Part shown: one piece after another, positions 1-8,908 of the stretch
Layout of the letters: each line of letters begins with the position of its first letter
Position numbering within the stretch: position 1 is the first letter of the stretch
IMG/VR virus record: IMGVR_UViG_3300017754_000004
Location: 1-26,468 of that record
From: a virus
Taxonomy: Duplodnaviria; Caudoviricetes
DNA length: 26,468 nucleotides
Strand: one strand, 5' to 3'
Translations under genes and position numbers: made by a program
The notes under the pieces: model-generated
Told to the model about the DNA's origin: nothing
What the model saw: the letters and a program-made list of their open reading frames with translations, nothing else
Databases searched by the model: none

Positions 1-1515
1 ATCATCAACATCATCAAACGTATCAATTCTTCGCCCATTTGGTGCTATTACTGAATAACCCTGATCTCTGTTCCCAATGATTTGGTAGCCAGCATCATTT
101 GTTCCACTTTCTACCGGGTTTTCGTAGTAGCTGTCGCGAGCCAGTTCCCATGCCCGGTCACTTATTTCTGCGTCAACATTTTCTTGTATTCCTTCTTCGT
201 CGAGATCTGGGTATCTCTCTCTTATATCGTTATAAATTTCATCGTAATAATTATCTCGAACATACTCTTCTTCATTCTCGGCTATGTCTCTAAGATAATC
301 ATCATCTGGATCCTCGGTACTCATCCTGTGCGAAGCTATTTCTAAATCATCCGGCTCGTATCTGCCGCTGTTGCCATCGCGCAAGTGTTCATACAGTTTG
401 ATGCGGTTTTCATCAATAAACCCTTGAACCTCTTCCCTCGTTACTGGCAAATTCTTTTCTGCCTTGCGCTCCAAATAGTCAGCAATACCAGAGAACGTGA
501 TCTGGTCATCTGTCACATTGTCAAAGCTCTTCAAGTCATTTAAAACTTTTAGCGGGTCTGTATCTTCACCCAAATTGGCGGCAGCTTTTGCAAGTGGGTT
601 ATAGAACAGCGGGGCTTGGTCATCGGTATCAACCTTGACTAATGGATTCTCTTCAACCACGGGAGCAGCCGCAGCCCTCTCCTCGCGGCGGGCAGTGCGA
701 GCAGCATTAGCCGCTTCATTCTCAAGGCGTTTGTTGGCTCGGAAGATCGCAGACTTGGCATCGTCACCCTTGGCGAATATTTTGCCGCTAGCATCAAACA
801 GAACGAACTTGCCGCCCTCCTGACCGAGCTTAAAGCCTTCTGGAACAGCCTCAGACATCGATGGGGCGTCCGGAAGAATGTTCATTCGCGGATCTACCCC
901 GTACTTGCTGACTAGATTAGTCAGCCCCTCAGCGGCATACGGAGCGCCAGCTTTAGCCAGCGTTGAGGCACCCTTGAAGCCTGCCCTGCCAGCCTGATAC
1001 ATACCAGCCTGTAGGCCAAGAGTATCCAACACATCCATTGGCTCTGGAGCCTGTCCGTAGCCCAGTGCGGAGTAGGTCTTCTGTGCGCCAGTAATGCCAA
1101 GCAGGTCAGCAGGTTTGATCGCCTCCATAACCTTGCCAACGGTTGTCCGACCCTCGCCAAAGCCAGCAGGACGCATCTCGCCAGTCGCAGTGTCAACGGA
1201 TGGGAAGAACTTGAAGCTGGTAGGCACCTCGGTCTCTTTGACCACAGTTCTTAGCTTAGATGGCTCGACGTACCTCTCCGGCACAACTAAGGCTTTTGGC
1301 AGGTACTTGTTGGCAAGGTCGCCAGCAATCCGAGCGCCCTCAGACGCCCGCTGAAAGAAATTACCGGGGGCTGGCTTTAAATCGGGCGAGCTTTGGCTAA
1401 TGATGTCAGTAGCAATCTGCCCGCCCGAACGAGGCTGCGTCTGCTGCATATACAGCATCTGCTCTGGCCTGAGTTGAAACCCGTACTTCCTCTTCAGATT
1501 AGGCATCTCAGCCAT
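1..1515 (-). CDS. Large internal virion / polyvalent-type protein, N-terminal 505 codons (runs off left edge; absent from ORF track)
   Basis: My translation from ATG at 1515 (GAGGT RBS just upstream, 10 nt after the stop of the 1378-aa gene) is open to position 1: MAEMPNLKRKYGFQLRPEQ...FYNPLAKAAANL...ITFSGIADYLERK...VTREEVQGFIDENRIKL...DTFDDVDD. The FY..L...GI.DYL...VT.EEV segment resembles regions of large phage virion/polyvalent proteins (recognition, not a search). Confidence 0.85.
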   Translation of the reverse strand, partial: MAEMPNLKRKYGFQLRPEQMLYMQQTQPRSGGQIATDIISQSSPDLKPAPGNFFQRASEGARIAGDLANKYLPKALVVPERYVEPSKLRTVVKETEVPTSFKFFPSVDTATGEMRPAGFGEGRTTVGKVMEAIKPADLLGITGAQKTYSALGYGQAPEPMDVLDTLGLQAGMYQAGRAGFKGASTLAKAGAPYAAEGLTNLVSKYGVDPRMNILPDAPSMSEAVPEGFKLGQEGGKFVLFDASGKIFAKGDDAKSAIFRANKRLENEAANAARTARREERAAAAPVVEENPLVKVDTDDQAPLFYNPLAKAAANLGEDTDPLKVLNDLKSFDNVTDDQITFSGIADYLERKAEKNLPVTREEVQGFIDENRIKLYEHLRDGNSGRYEPDDLEIASHRMSTEDPDDDYLRDIAENEEEYVRDNYYDEIYNDIRERYPDLDEEGIQENVDAEISDRAWELARDSYYENPVESGTNDAGYQIIGNRDQGYSVIAPNGRRIDTFDDVDD

Positions 1516-1525
1516 CTTGACCTCG

Positions 1526-4500
1526 CTATCGCTTCATTTTCATTTTGACTTTCATCAGCGCCTTGCGGCTACCCTTGTAGACACTGCCGCCACGCTTCAT
1601 TTGTTCTCGCTCTTCAGGCTCTTCAGCTTCCTGAATGATCACCGTCTCCTCTGGTTCTGGCTCTTCAACCGGGGGAACGTAATCAGACGGTATGATAACG
1701 CCAGCATTCTCGCCCTCTACCGAAGACGGGATGTTGACTTCAGGCTCAACGTAGTCGGCAGCGATAGGCGTTTCACCCATCATACGACCAGTTCCCTTAC
1801 TAAAGACACCACCAATCGCTTGCTTCTTGGCTTGATCCATCGCAAACCTGTCAGCGCGTGACTCAAGCTCACGCAGCAACTTGCCTAACTCGGAAGCCTT
1901 GCCCGTGTTCAAGATGTCAGCAACTTTCGACGCCACCTGCTCGTTCTTGAACAGGTCTGGAGCCTTCTTGATGATTCGCATGAAAGTATTGAACGGACTG
2001 CCACCGGCAAGATCAAGCATCTGCGCGGCAGTGTTATCACTTTCAAATTCCTTCGAAAGTTCTTTGCGACGTCCTGTTGCCGAACCTTGACCAATCTGCT
2101 GCGCGTTTCTTACATTGCGAGATTCGACCTTTAATATGCCACGGAAAACATCGTACTCACCCTGCGTGTCAAACAACGCCCGCAGTCTGGCGGCGTTGTT
2201 CTCGGCACCGAGGATTTCTTCAGCAGCATTAATAGAGTTCTTCGCATTACCAATACGATCTTTGAAGAACTGTGCGTAGCCAATACGAACAGCATCGCGC
2301 TCTGTTGGCGTAAGTTTGCTGACATAACTCGTCGCCTCTTCAGGCGACATCTTGCTGTACTGACCACGACCAATGTCAAGAGCATCCAAAACCTCAAGGT
2401 CGCCCTTGTATTGCTGGCGAGCCATCTTGTAGTCAGGAACGATTTCATCCAACACATTCAAGAAGGTGTTCTTGTACTCATTCAAGGCTTGAGCAGCATC
2501 CTGAGAGGCCGCATTTTCACTGCGGCGACCAGAACGGATGATGTAATCCAAACCACGCTTCATCTGATCCAAGGTGCGAACGTCTGGAGCCGCTACCAGA
2601 TCAATCTGATAGATGCCCGGCTGTGTCTCAGTGATCTTATAGATCTCCTTCATGTCGTACTTCGATGGATCCTTGCCTTGGGCAATTGCATTCGCCTTAC
2701 GGATCTTGTTAGTCTCCAAGACCTGCTGGTACGCCTGTTTGAACTGCGGCTGGTTCAGCATATCTAAGATGCGAGGATCTTTGACTGTGCCGAACTTGTA
2801 CGCACTCTCGTACAAATTATCTGCATTGCTGCGCAGGGCGTCCGTCAATTCAGTCTCGGTCTGGAACATGGTCTTGCCACCAGCCATATTCTCGCCAGCC
2901 ATGTTCATCACACGACCCTTAGTCCCGCGACCAGTCTGGACAACGCTTTCCGTCATTTTTTTACGACCGCCGCCCGGACGTTGAGCTACGGCTTCGGCAA
3001 GGTCAGTAAGACCCGGAGAAACATCCCGCAGCTTAGTGTTGGGGCGGGTTCCTGTCGGGCCTGCCCACGGTATCTCCCCGCGCTCCAAAGCCACCTGACG
3101 GATAGCCTGCTGAGGCGTCAGCTTGTCCTGCGCCATCTTCTCAAGCACCTTGGCATACGCCTGCTCGTCGATGATGTTAGTTCCCGGCTTCACAAGGCGC
3201 TTATAGATGCCCTTGCCGCCTTGGTAGAGCAACTCACCACCCTTGCCAATAATTGGCGCTGTAACAGCCCCAAGCAGGCCGCTTTCGCCAGCCTCAAGCA
3301 ATCGGTTGCCAATACCACCCTCGCCAGCACCGAAGCCGGAGATCGCTCCGTAGCCACCGCCAGCGGTCACCATGCGACGGGTTGGTGTCTTGGTGGAATA
3401 CTCCATCGCCTTCCTAAAGATGCCGGGTGCGCGAGAGATGTCTGCGCCAGTCTTTGCCTGACCACCGGGGATAAACATTGCACCAATAGTGGGAGCTACG
3501 CCGCCAGCAAACTCAAAACCCAAAGCCTGACCGGGATTCTGCTCTGCGAACCGGCGGTAGTCAGCCCGGATCTCGTTCAGGTACTGGTCATAGCTCTTGT
3601 TCCTGTCCCCGAAAGACCGATACAAGGCTTCGGCCTCATCACCAAACGACATCCCCATACCCTGCCCAAAGAAGGCGCGAGCGCGGTTTGTGGTATCAGA
3701 TCCCGGCTCCATCGGCTTCAGACGCACAACAGAATCAACCGGATCCCCGCCCTCCTGCATACGGACAACACCACCGTGGGCATACTTGTTACGCAGCGTC
3801 GCCAGATCGGAGTAGCCCATGTACCCACCCTGAGCGCGTTGCTGAGGGGGATAGAAAAACTGCTTGTACGTTTTCCGATTCTGATTGAGCCTCTCTGGGT
3901 TTCTGCGATCAAAAATTGGGTTTTGAGTCGCGTACTGCATCCAAGCAGCCTCAGCCCCATCAAGGTGGCGGTTGGCTTGGAAGTAGTCCGATAAGAACTT
4001 TGCCTTGTCCCGCGCCATCTGGTTGGCTGCTTTGAAGGCAAGGCCGATGTTTTGGTTTGCCTGATAGTTGTTACTGATATTGAGCGACATCTTAATAAGT
4101 TGCTTCGCATCAAAATCAGAAACAGCGCCAGTGCCTTCCTTCCTATTCTCTGGAGACATCGACGCTTGGATAGATTCCATCGTCTGATAGTCTTCTCCGA
4201 ATGACGGCAAGAAGCTACGCTCACGACCAGTGGGCGCTCTCTTGTTTGCAGCCAAGAACCTATTGACATCACTATCGAGCTTTAACGTCTTGGCAGCGTC
4301 AGCCTCCAGCTTGCTCAAAGTTTTCTGGGCAGTTTTGGTATTGCTTACCAATAGTTGACCAGCGACCTTATCGTTCACCCCACGGTATGGTGTGTCGTTA
4401 AATGGGACGCCAAGGCGTTCGGCAATAACCTGACCTCCGGCAAGATCAATCGCCGGTTCTTTTTCTCTAGGCGCTCTTGGCGGCGGACGGCTTTGGCGCT

Positions 4501-5662
4501 TTTCGGCGATACGCTGATTCTTTTCGTCTGTTCTATATTGCGCTGCCCTAGCCTCAACCTTTTCTCTGTCTGCTTTATTCTCTGGAACAAGCGCATTACC
4601 AAAAATTTCCTGCGCTGCGCGAGCCAAATGCTTGTCTGTATAAAGTTGACCAGTTTCTCTTGCGGAAGGAGCTTTTTTGTCGCTAGCTGGTTTATCCAAA
4701 CCAAGAACACTACGAGCGTTTGCTAAATCAGCTTCAGATACAGACTCTGGATTGTTTGAATGATTTTTTATTACTTCCCATGCCTGATCTTTGTAACCAA
4801 GAGGCTTGGTGCTGCCGGGTTTATTCAAACCAAGCACCGAATTGGCAAGATTTCTTTGCTCTTCAGTTGCGTCCTTTGAAAGCAAAGTTTGAACAGCCCA
4901 ACGCTTTTCTTGGAATGCTTCTGTCTTTGGCGTCTCCGAAGGCTTCTCTAGCCCAAGCAAGATCCGAGCATCTTTTAAATCCTCTTCTGATACGCTATTT
5001 GGATCTTTTTTGTGCTGCTGAATTATGTCATATGCATTCTTTTTAACATCAAACTTATCTGGTGATGTTTTTTGTTTGTAGCGATTTTCAAACGACTCAA
5101 TATACTTACCCAACTTTGCCTTATTGGGGTCGTTGTCAGGCATCCCTCTATATTCATCAAGCAACGCAAGATATTCGCTTCTAGAACCCTTGGGCTGAGG
5201 AATGCGAGCCATCTTCGTCAGATAATCGACATTCTCTTTAGCAGATTGCGCAGGAAGTTGTGCTTGCTGTAGCTGATACTTCAGCTTGGTCTCTTCATAT
5301 GCTTGGCGATACTTTTCGCGTCTCGCGGCTTCCTCCGCAAGCGCCTCGTTTGCATAACCTAGGGACTCACCAAATGCACCAGTTCTGGTTGGCTTACCAA
5401 AGGCAGCAGCCAGCCTGAAGTACATTTCCGGGCTGTTCTCTGGGTTGGCGCGAGCAAGCAGAACATCCTGAGCCTGCTTCAGAATTTGTGCAGTCTGGGT
5501 GTTCTCTTCTTGGCGCTTTTTCTTGTAATCAAGAAACGCCGCAGACGCTAAGTCAACGTACTGGTTCTTCCCTACGTTGCTATATTGAACCGGCGGCTGA
5601 CTGCTCTCTTCTTCAGTGTCAGTATCAACGTCAACCTGCGTGTCAATTTCTTGCTCGTCCAT
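1526..5662 (-). CDS. Large ejection (DNA-transfer/internal virion) protein, 1378 aa
   Basis: Long alpha-helical ORF downstream of the tail nozzle. GAVSDFDAKQL and GQGMGMSFGDEAEA...GFEFAGG segments with Gly/Ala-rich membrane-like stretches are typical of podophage ejection proteins. Confidence 0.75.
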   Translation of the reverse strand: MDEQEIDTQVDVDTDTEEESSQPPVQYSNVGKNQYVDLASAAFLDYKKKRQEENTQTAQILKQAQDVLLARANPENSPEMYFRLAAAFGKPTRTGAFGESLGYANEALAEEAARREKYRQAYEETKLKYQLQQAQLPAQSAKENVDYLTKMARIPQPKGSRSEYLALLDEYRGMPDNDPNKAKLGKYIESFENRYKQKTSPDKFDVKKNAYDIIQQHKKDPNSVSEEDLKDARILLGLEKPSETPKTEAFQEKRWAVQTLLSKDATEEQRNLANSVLGLNKPGSTKPLGYKDQAWEVIKNHSNNPESVSEADLANARSVLGLDKPASDKKAPSARETGQLYTDKHLARAAQEIFGNALVPENKADREKVEARAAQYRTDEKNQRIAEKRQSRPPPRAPREKEPAIDLAGGQVIAERLGVPFNDTPYRGVNDKVAGQLLVSNTKTAQKTLSKLEADAAKTLKLDSDVNRFLAANKRAPTGRERSFLPSFGEDYQTMESIQASMSPENRKEGTGAVSDFDAKQLIKMSLNISNNYQANQNIGLAFKAANQMARDKAKFLSDYFQANRHLDGAEAAWMQYATQNPIFDRRNPERLNQNRKTYKQFFYPPQQRAQGGYMGYSDLATLRNKYAHGGVVRMQEGGDPVDSVVRLKPMEPGSDTTNRARAFFGQGMGMSFGDEAEALYRSFGDRNKSYDQYLNEIRADYRRFAEQNPGQALGFEFAGGVAPTIGAMFIPGGQAKTGADISRAPGIFRKAMEYSTKTPTRRMVTAGGGYGAISGFGAGEGGIGNRLLEAGESGLLGAVTAPIIGKGGELLYQGGKGIYKRLVKPGTNIIDEQAYAKVLEKMAQDKLTPQQAIRQVALERGEIPWAGPTGTRPNTKLRDVSPGLTDLAEAVAQRPGGGRKKMTESVVQTGRGTKGRVMNMAGENMAGGKTMFQTETELTDALRSNADNLYESAYKFGTVKDPRILDMLNQPQFKQAYQQVLETNKIRKANAIAQGKDPSKYDMKEIYKITETQPGIYQIDLVAAPDVRTLDQMKRGLDYIIRSGRRSENAASQDAAQALNEYKNTFLNVLDEIVPDYKMARQQYKGDLEVLDALDIGRGQYSKMSPEEATSYVSKLTPTERDAVRIGYAQFFKDRIGNAKNSINAAEEILGAENNAARLRALFDTQGEYDVFRGILKVESRNVRNAQQIGQGSATGRRKELSKEFESDNTAAQMLDLAGGSPFNTFMRIIKKAPDLFKNEQVASKVADILNTGKASELGKLLRELESRADRFAMDQAKKQAIGGVFSKGTGRMMGETPIAADYVEPEVNIPSSVEGENAGVIIPSDYVPPVEEPEPEETVIIQEAEEPEEREQMKRGGSVYKGSRKALMKVKMKMKR
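4682..5045 (-). repeat. Three degenerate ~40-45 aa tandem repeats inside the 1378-aa protein
   Basis: AYDIIQQHKKDPNSVSEEDLKDARILLGLEKP / WAVQTLLSKDATEEQRNLANSVLGLNKP / AWEVIKNHSNNPESVSEADLANARSVLGLDKP. Confidence 0.85.
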
Positions 5663-5673
5663 AATTTAATCCT

Positions 5674-6669
5674 TTACTTCTTACCCATATTGGTTAGACC
5701 AAGAACGGTTGCTGCGCCCTGTGCAATCTGCGACAGCGGAGACGGCTGATAGACCTCAGCAGGGCCATATCTTTCTTGATATTGCCTTGTCGGAAGCTGG
5801 ATGCCTCGAATGACGTTGTTCAAGAATCCAATCTGCTCACGGTCATAATCACGCTGCTGCAAGAAGTCTTGATACGCAAGGTCAAGATTCTTTTGAGCCT
5901 GTTGCTGTTGGGTAGTGCCAACAGATTCAAGAGCCGCCGCACCACTAAGACCAAGAGACTGCTCAAGAGCGCCGACGCGACCCAACTGCTCGCCAGCTTG
6001 TAGGCGTCTCGTAAGATCCGCTTGCGTCAAGGCACCAGAGATTTGACCCAATTGAGCAAGGCGAGCTTGATCTGCCTGCATTAACTGTGCAGCCTGCCCA
6101 TAGCCCTGTTGGAGCGCCTGAGTCTGCTGCGCCATTGTGGACTCACCAAGATCGCGAACGGCACGACCAACAGCCTCACCGCTACGGCTTCCGCCAAAAG
6201 TTCCGCCAGCAATGAACTGGTTTTGGATTGCCGGAAGAATGTTTTCCTTCAACTGACGTTGAGACAGCGCACCAATTCGATCAACAACCTGATTAGTGTA
6301 GGGGTTCATGTAGCTTGAAATCCCCTGCGGAACTCTAATCGCAGACTGCTCAAAATAAGGCGATGCCTGTGCTAAAGAGCTTTCAGTGCCAGCAGATTGG
6401 GTGAACGCTCGCGCCTGATTTAGGTCTGGCTTGTAGGCTCCGACCACATTCTCCGTCATATCAAACGCTCGCCGCTGATTCGGCGTAAAGCTAGAGATCC
6501 TAGCCCCACCAACATAAGGTTGATAGCCCTCAGCAGCAATGGCATTTGCCTTGCCAATCAGACCCTTTGTGTAGCTCTGATACCAGTCAGGCAAGTCATT
6601 GACTGTTTTTGTGCCAGTTGTGACGTTCTCTGGGACTTGCCCTTCAAACAGAAAGTCTGCAATACCCAT
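5674..6669 (-). CDS. Ejection/DNA-transfer protein (P22 gp7/T7 gp14-like position), 331 aa
   Basis: Gln/Ala-rich helical protein with YMNPY, AGGTFGGSR and QQQ..QKNLDLAYQDFLQQ motifs typical of podophage pilot proteins; begins MGIADFLF. Confidence 0.7.
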   Translation of the reverse strand: MGIADFLFEGQVPENVTTGTKTVNDLPDWYQSYTKGLIGKANAIAAEGYQPYVGGARISSFTPNQRRAFDMTENVVGAYKPDLNQARAFTQSAGTESSLAQASPYFEQSAIRVPQGISSYMNPYTNQVVDRIGALSQRQLKENILPAIQNQFIAGGTFGGSRSGEAVGRAVRDLGESTMAQQTQALQQGYGQAAQLMQADQARLAQLGQISGALTQADLTRRLQAGEQLGRVGALEQSLGLSGAAALESVGTTQQQQAQKNLDLAYQDFLQQRDYDREQIGFLNNVIRGIQLPTRQYQERYGPAEVYQPSPLSQIAQGAATVLGLTNMGKK

Positions 6670-6672
6670 GAT

Positions 6673-8268
6673 TTACCTCTTTTTGCTTAGGTAGGCCAAC
6701 GGTGATTTAGCGTCTGGAGAAAACTTACCCTTGGACAATGCGCCACCCTTTTGCTTACGAACAGCCTGACGCATCTCTTCAAGGCGTCGTGCGCCAGCTT
6801 CGGATGATCCGTTGCCAAGCAAAGAAACCGTCTCAGCATCCATTACAAATTCACCCGGAGACAACAAAGCCTCGATGTGATCAGAGCGACCATCACCGCG
6901 AGATCCGCCTTCTGCGTAGCCACCGCCCTCATAGCGACGAACGCTATTTGGTACGTTGCCATACTTGTAGAAGGCAAACGCAGGATTCATCTTGGAAGGT
7001 GCCTGTGGCATAACTGCACCACCCTCTTGGTAACGCTCTTCCTCTGGCGTGTAAGGATCATAAATTGAATTAGAGAAGAATCTTCCTTCGCCTCCTTTGT
7101 CTTCACCATAGCGAGAAAGTTCTTCTTCAGTGTATGGCGTGTACACCTGTCTTTTCAGGGTGTATTGAGGCATAGGTTCGTAATACGTCTTCTCCGCTTC
7201 TGCCATTTGCTCTTGCATACGCTTTTGTTCTTCGGTGAGACGCTCTTCTTCCTCATCCTTTTTGTCCATCAACGACTTAACAGCGGCTCCCGTTCCAACA
7301 ACACCAAGAGCAGTTGTGTTTGGGTATGTCTTGGCAAAATCTATAGCCTCATCAAGATACTCGCCACCTGTGTCGGAAACTGCTTTAGCAATCTTATCCC
7401 ACTCACCTTTAGACGCAGTTAAATAATCCCAACCTTTTTCTGGTTGTTGTGTAATTTGGTTATATACCTCAAGCGGAGATTTGGGCGTAACTCTAGTAGC
7501 ATCATCTAAAAATGAAGCTGTCTCATCTACATAATTACCAAGAACATTTGTTCCTTTGGTCAACATAGGGGAATCCAGAACACCTTTATTTACGGTGCCA
7601 GCGCCTTCGACAATATCTCCGGCTGCTTGTTTTGCAATATTGCCACCAGCATAACTATTAGCGCCACCAGTATAGGTTTCTGATGGCATTGTGTTGCCAC
7701 CGGCAGTAGAGGAATTCATAAAATTTCTTTGCCCCGGACTCATAAGCGTGTCGTCCCAAGCCCGAGCGACATCGTCCCCAAGTCCTGCGCCAGCAACTTC
7801 ATCGCTAAGTCCCGCGCCAACAACATCATCCCCCAAGCCTGCGGTAACAATTTCATCGCCGCTTGAAGCAATTGTGGCTCCAATGTCATCGCCACTAGAT
7901 GCAAGTGCAGAGGCGGCTTCGTCACCACTTGATGCAACAGTGCTTTTTGCGGCAGCAGTTGCTGCGTCATCAGAGACGGCAGCCACATCATCCCCAAATC
8001 CTCCGGCAATTTTTCCACCAACCCAAGAGGCAGCGCCAGCCATCACGCCACCCTTGACTGCCTCATCAAATTCTTCGCCCTGAACTAACCCGGCGGCAGT
8101 GTTAGCAACGCCAGCGGCAAGTGCGCCAGCCTTGAGGCCAAGAAATGGTATACCGTATGAAAAGGCTGCTGCGGTTGCGATTGCAGTTAATGGGTCATCA
8201 AGAACCGACTCAACCACATCTCCAGCAAAATCAACAACCCCCTCAATAGCTTCAACGACTACGCTCAT
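6673..8268 (-). CDS. Internal virion/ejection protein, 531 aa
   Basis: N-terminal amphipathic and Ala/Gly hydrophobic segments; C-terminal GDGRSDHIEALLSPGEFVMDAETVSLLGNGSSEAGA motif of the G.SD.I.A.LS.GEFV type seen in phage virion proteins. Confidence 0.7.
   Translation of the reverse strand: MSVVVEAIEGVVDFAGDVVESVLDDPLTAIATAAAFSYGIPFLGLKAGALAAGVANTAAGLVQGEEFDEAVKGGVMAGAASWVGGKIAGGFGDDVAAVSDDAATAAAKSTVASSGDEAASALASSGDDIGATIASSGDEIVTAGLGDDVVGAGLSDEVAGAGLGDDVARAWDDTLMSPGQRNFMNSSTAGGNTMPSETYTGGANSYAGGNIAKQAAGDIVEGAGTVNKGVLDSPMLTKGTNVLGNYVDETASFLDDATRVTPKSPLEVYNQITQQPEKGWDYLTASKGEWDKIAKAVSDTGGEYLDEAIDFAKTYPNTTALGVVGTGAAVKSLMDKKDEEEERLTEEQKRMQEQMAEAEKTYYEPMPQYTLKRQVYTPYTEEELSRYGEDKGGEGRFFSNSIYDPYTPEEERYQEGGAVMPQAPSKMNPAFAFYKYGNVPNSVRRYEGGGYAEGGSRGDGRSDHIEALLSPGEFVMDAETVSLLGNGSSEAGARRLEEMRQAVRKQKGGALSKGKFSPDAKSPLAYLSKKR
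7768..7940 (-). repeat. Short tandem peptide repeats (ASSGD[ED] x3 at 11-aa spacing, AGL[GS]D[DE]V x3 at 9-aa spacing)
   Basis: VASSGDEAASALASSGDDIGATIASSGDEIVTAGLGDDVVGAGLSDEVAGAGLGDDV. Confidence 0.85.
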
Positions 8269-8270
8269 GA

Positions 8271-8906
8271 TTACACCTCGCCTTGTGTTCTAGGTGCCAA
8301 CGCGCCAAGCGCACCCATTTGTTGACCACCACCCATCGGGGGCATACCGCCGCCCAGAGGAGCCTGACCCATCGGCGGACGCCCCATCGGGGGCTGTGCC
8401 TGCTGCCCCATCATCGGCTGACCTAAGTCACCACCGATGTTCGGCGTCTCCATACCTTCCATTGCATCCTGTGGGCGACCAAGCTGGAGCGTGACCAAAT
8501 ACTGACCATCAGGCTCTTTTCTTACTTCGTATCCCATGTCGGGGTTAGGTGGGTCTCTGCTGATTACACGAAAAATGTTCAGCAGCGATTGATCTTTGAA
8601 TTTAGTGATCAGTTGATAAAAGCCAGCGCGGTACGCATCCATTACAAACTGATAGCTTGCTTGTAGGAAGTTCTCGGCGGTGTCTGAATTCAGTGCGCGG
8701 AAAGAACCGATACCGGGTTTCTTAACGTCTGCATGAATGACAAAAATGGTATTGCCGTATCGATAGAACTTGGAGTTTGGCATTTGTATTTCTTTTACAA
8801 ATGCTGCGTACACAATTTCTAATGGGTATTGCGATTGGCTCTGTTCGGCTGCTGTCTGCAAAATCTCATTGACAGTGAGCATCTGCTGTTTGCTGTCAAC
8901 TATCAT
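8271..8906 (-). CDS. Hypothetical protein, possible GNAT-like acyltransferase fold with Pro/Met/Gly/Gln low-complexity C-terminal tail
   Basis: ~145-aa alpha/beta domain (two helices, strands KFYRYG-NTIFVIH-IGSFRAL, long helix, strand QLITKF, helix SLLNIFRVI) compatible with GNAT topology. It occupies the slot before ejection proteins where many podophages encode a GNAT-like protein (T7 gp13-like). The fold call is an inference. Confidence 0.45.
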   Translation of the reverse strand: MIVDSKQQMLTVNEILQTAAEQSQSQYPLEIVYAAFVKEIQMPNSKFYRYGNTIFVIHADVKKPGIGSFRALNSDTAENFLQASYQFVMDAYRAGFYQLITKFKDQSLLNIFRVISRDPPNPDMGYEVRKEPDGQYLVTLQLGRPQDAMEGMETPNIGGDLGQPMMGQQAQPPMGRPPMGQAPLGGGMPPMGGGQQMGALGALAPRTQGEV

Positions 8907-8908
8907 AG

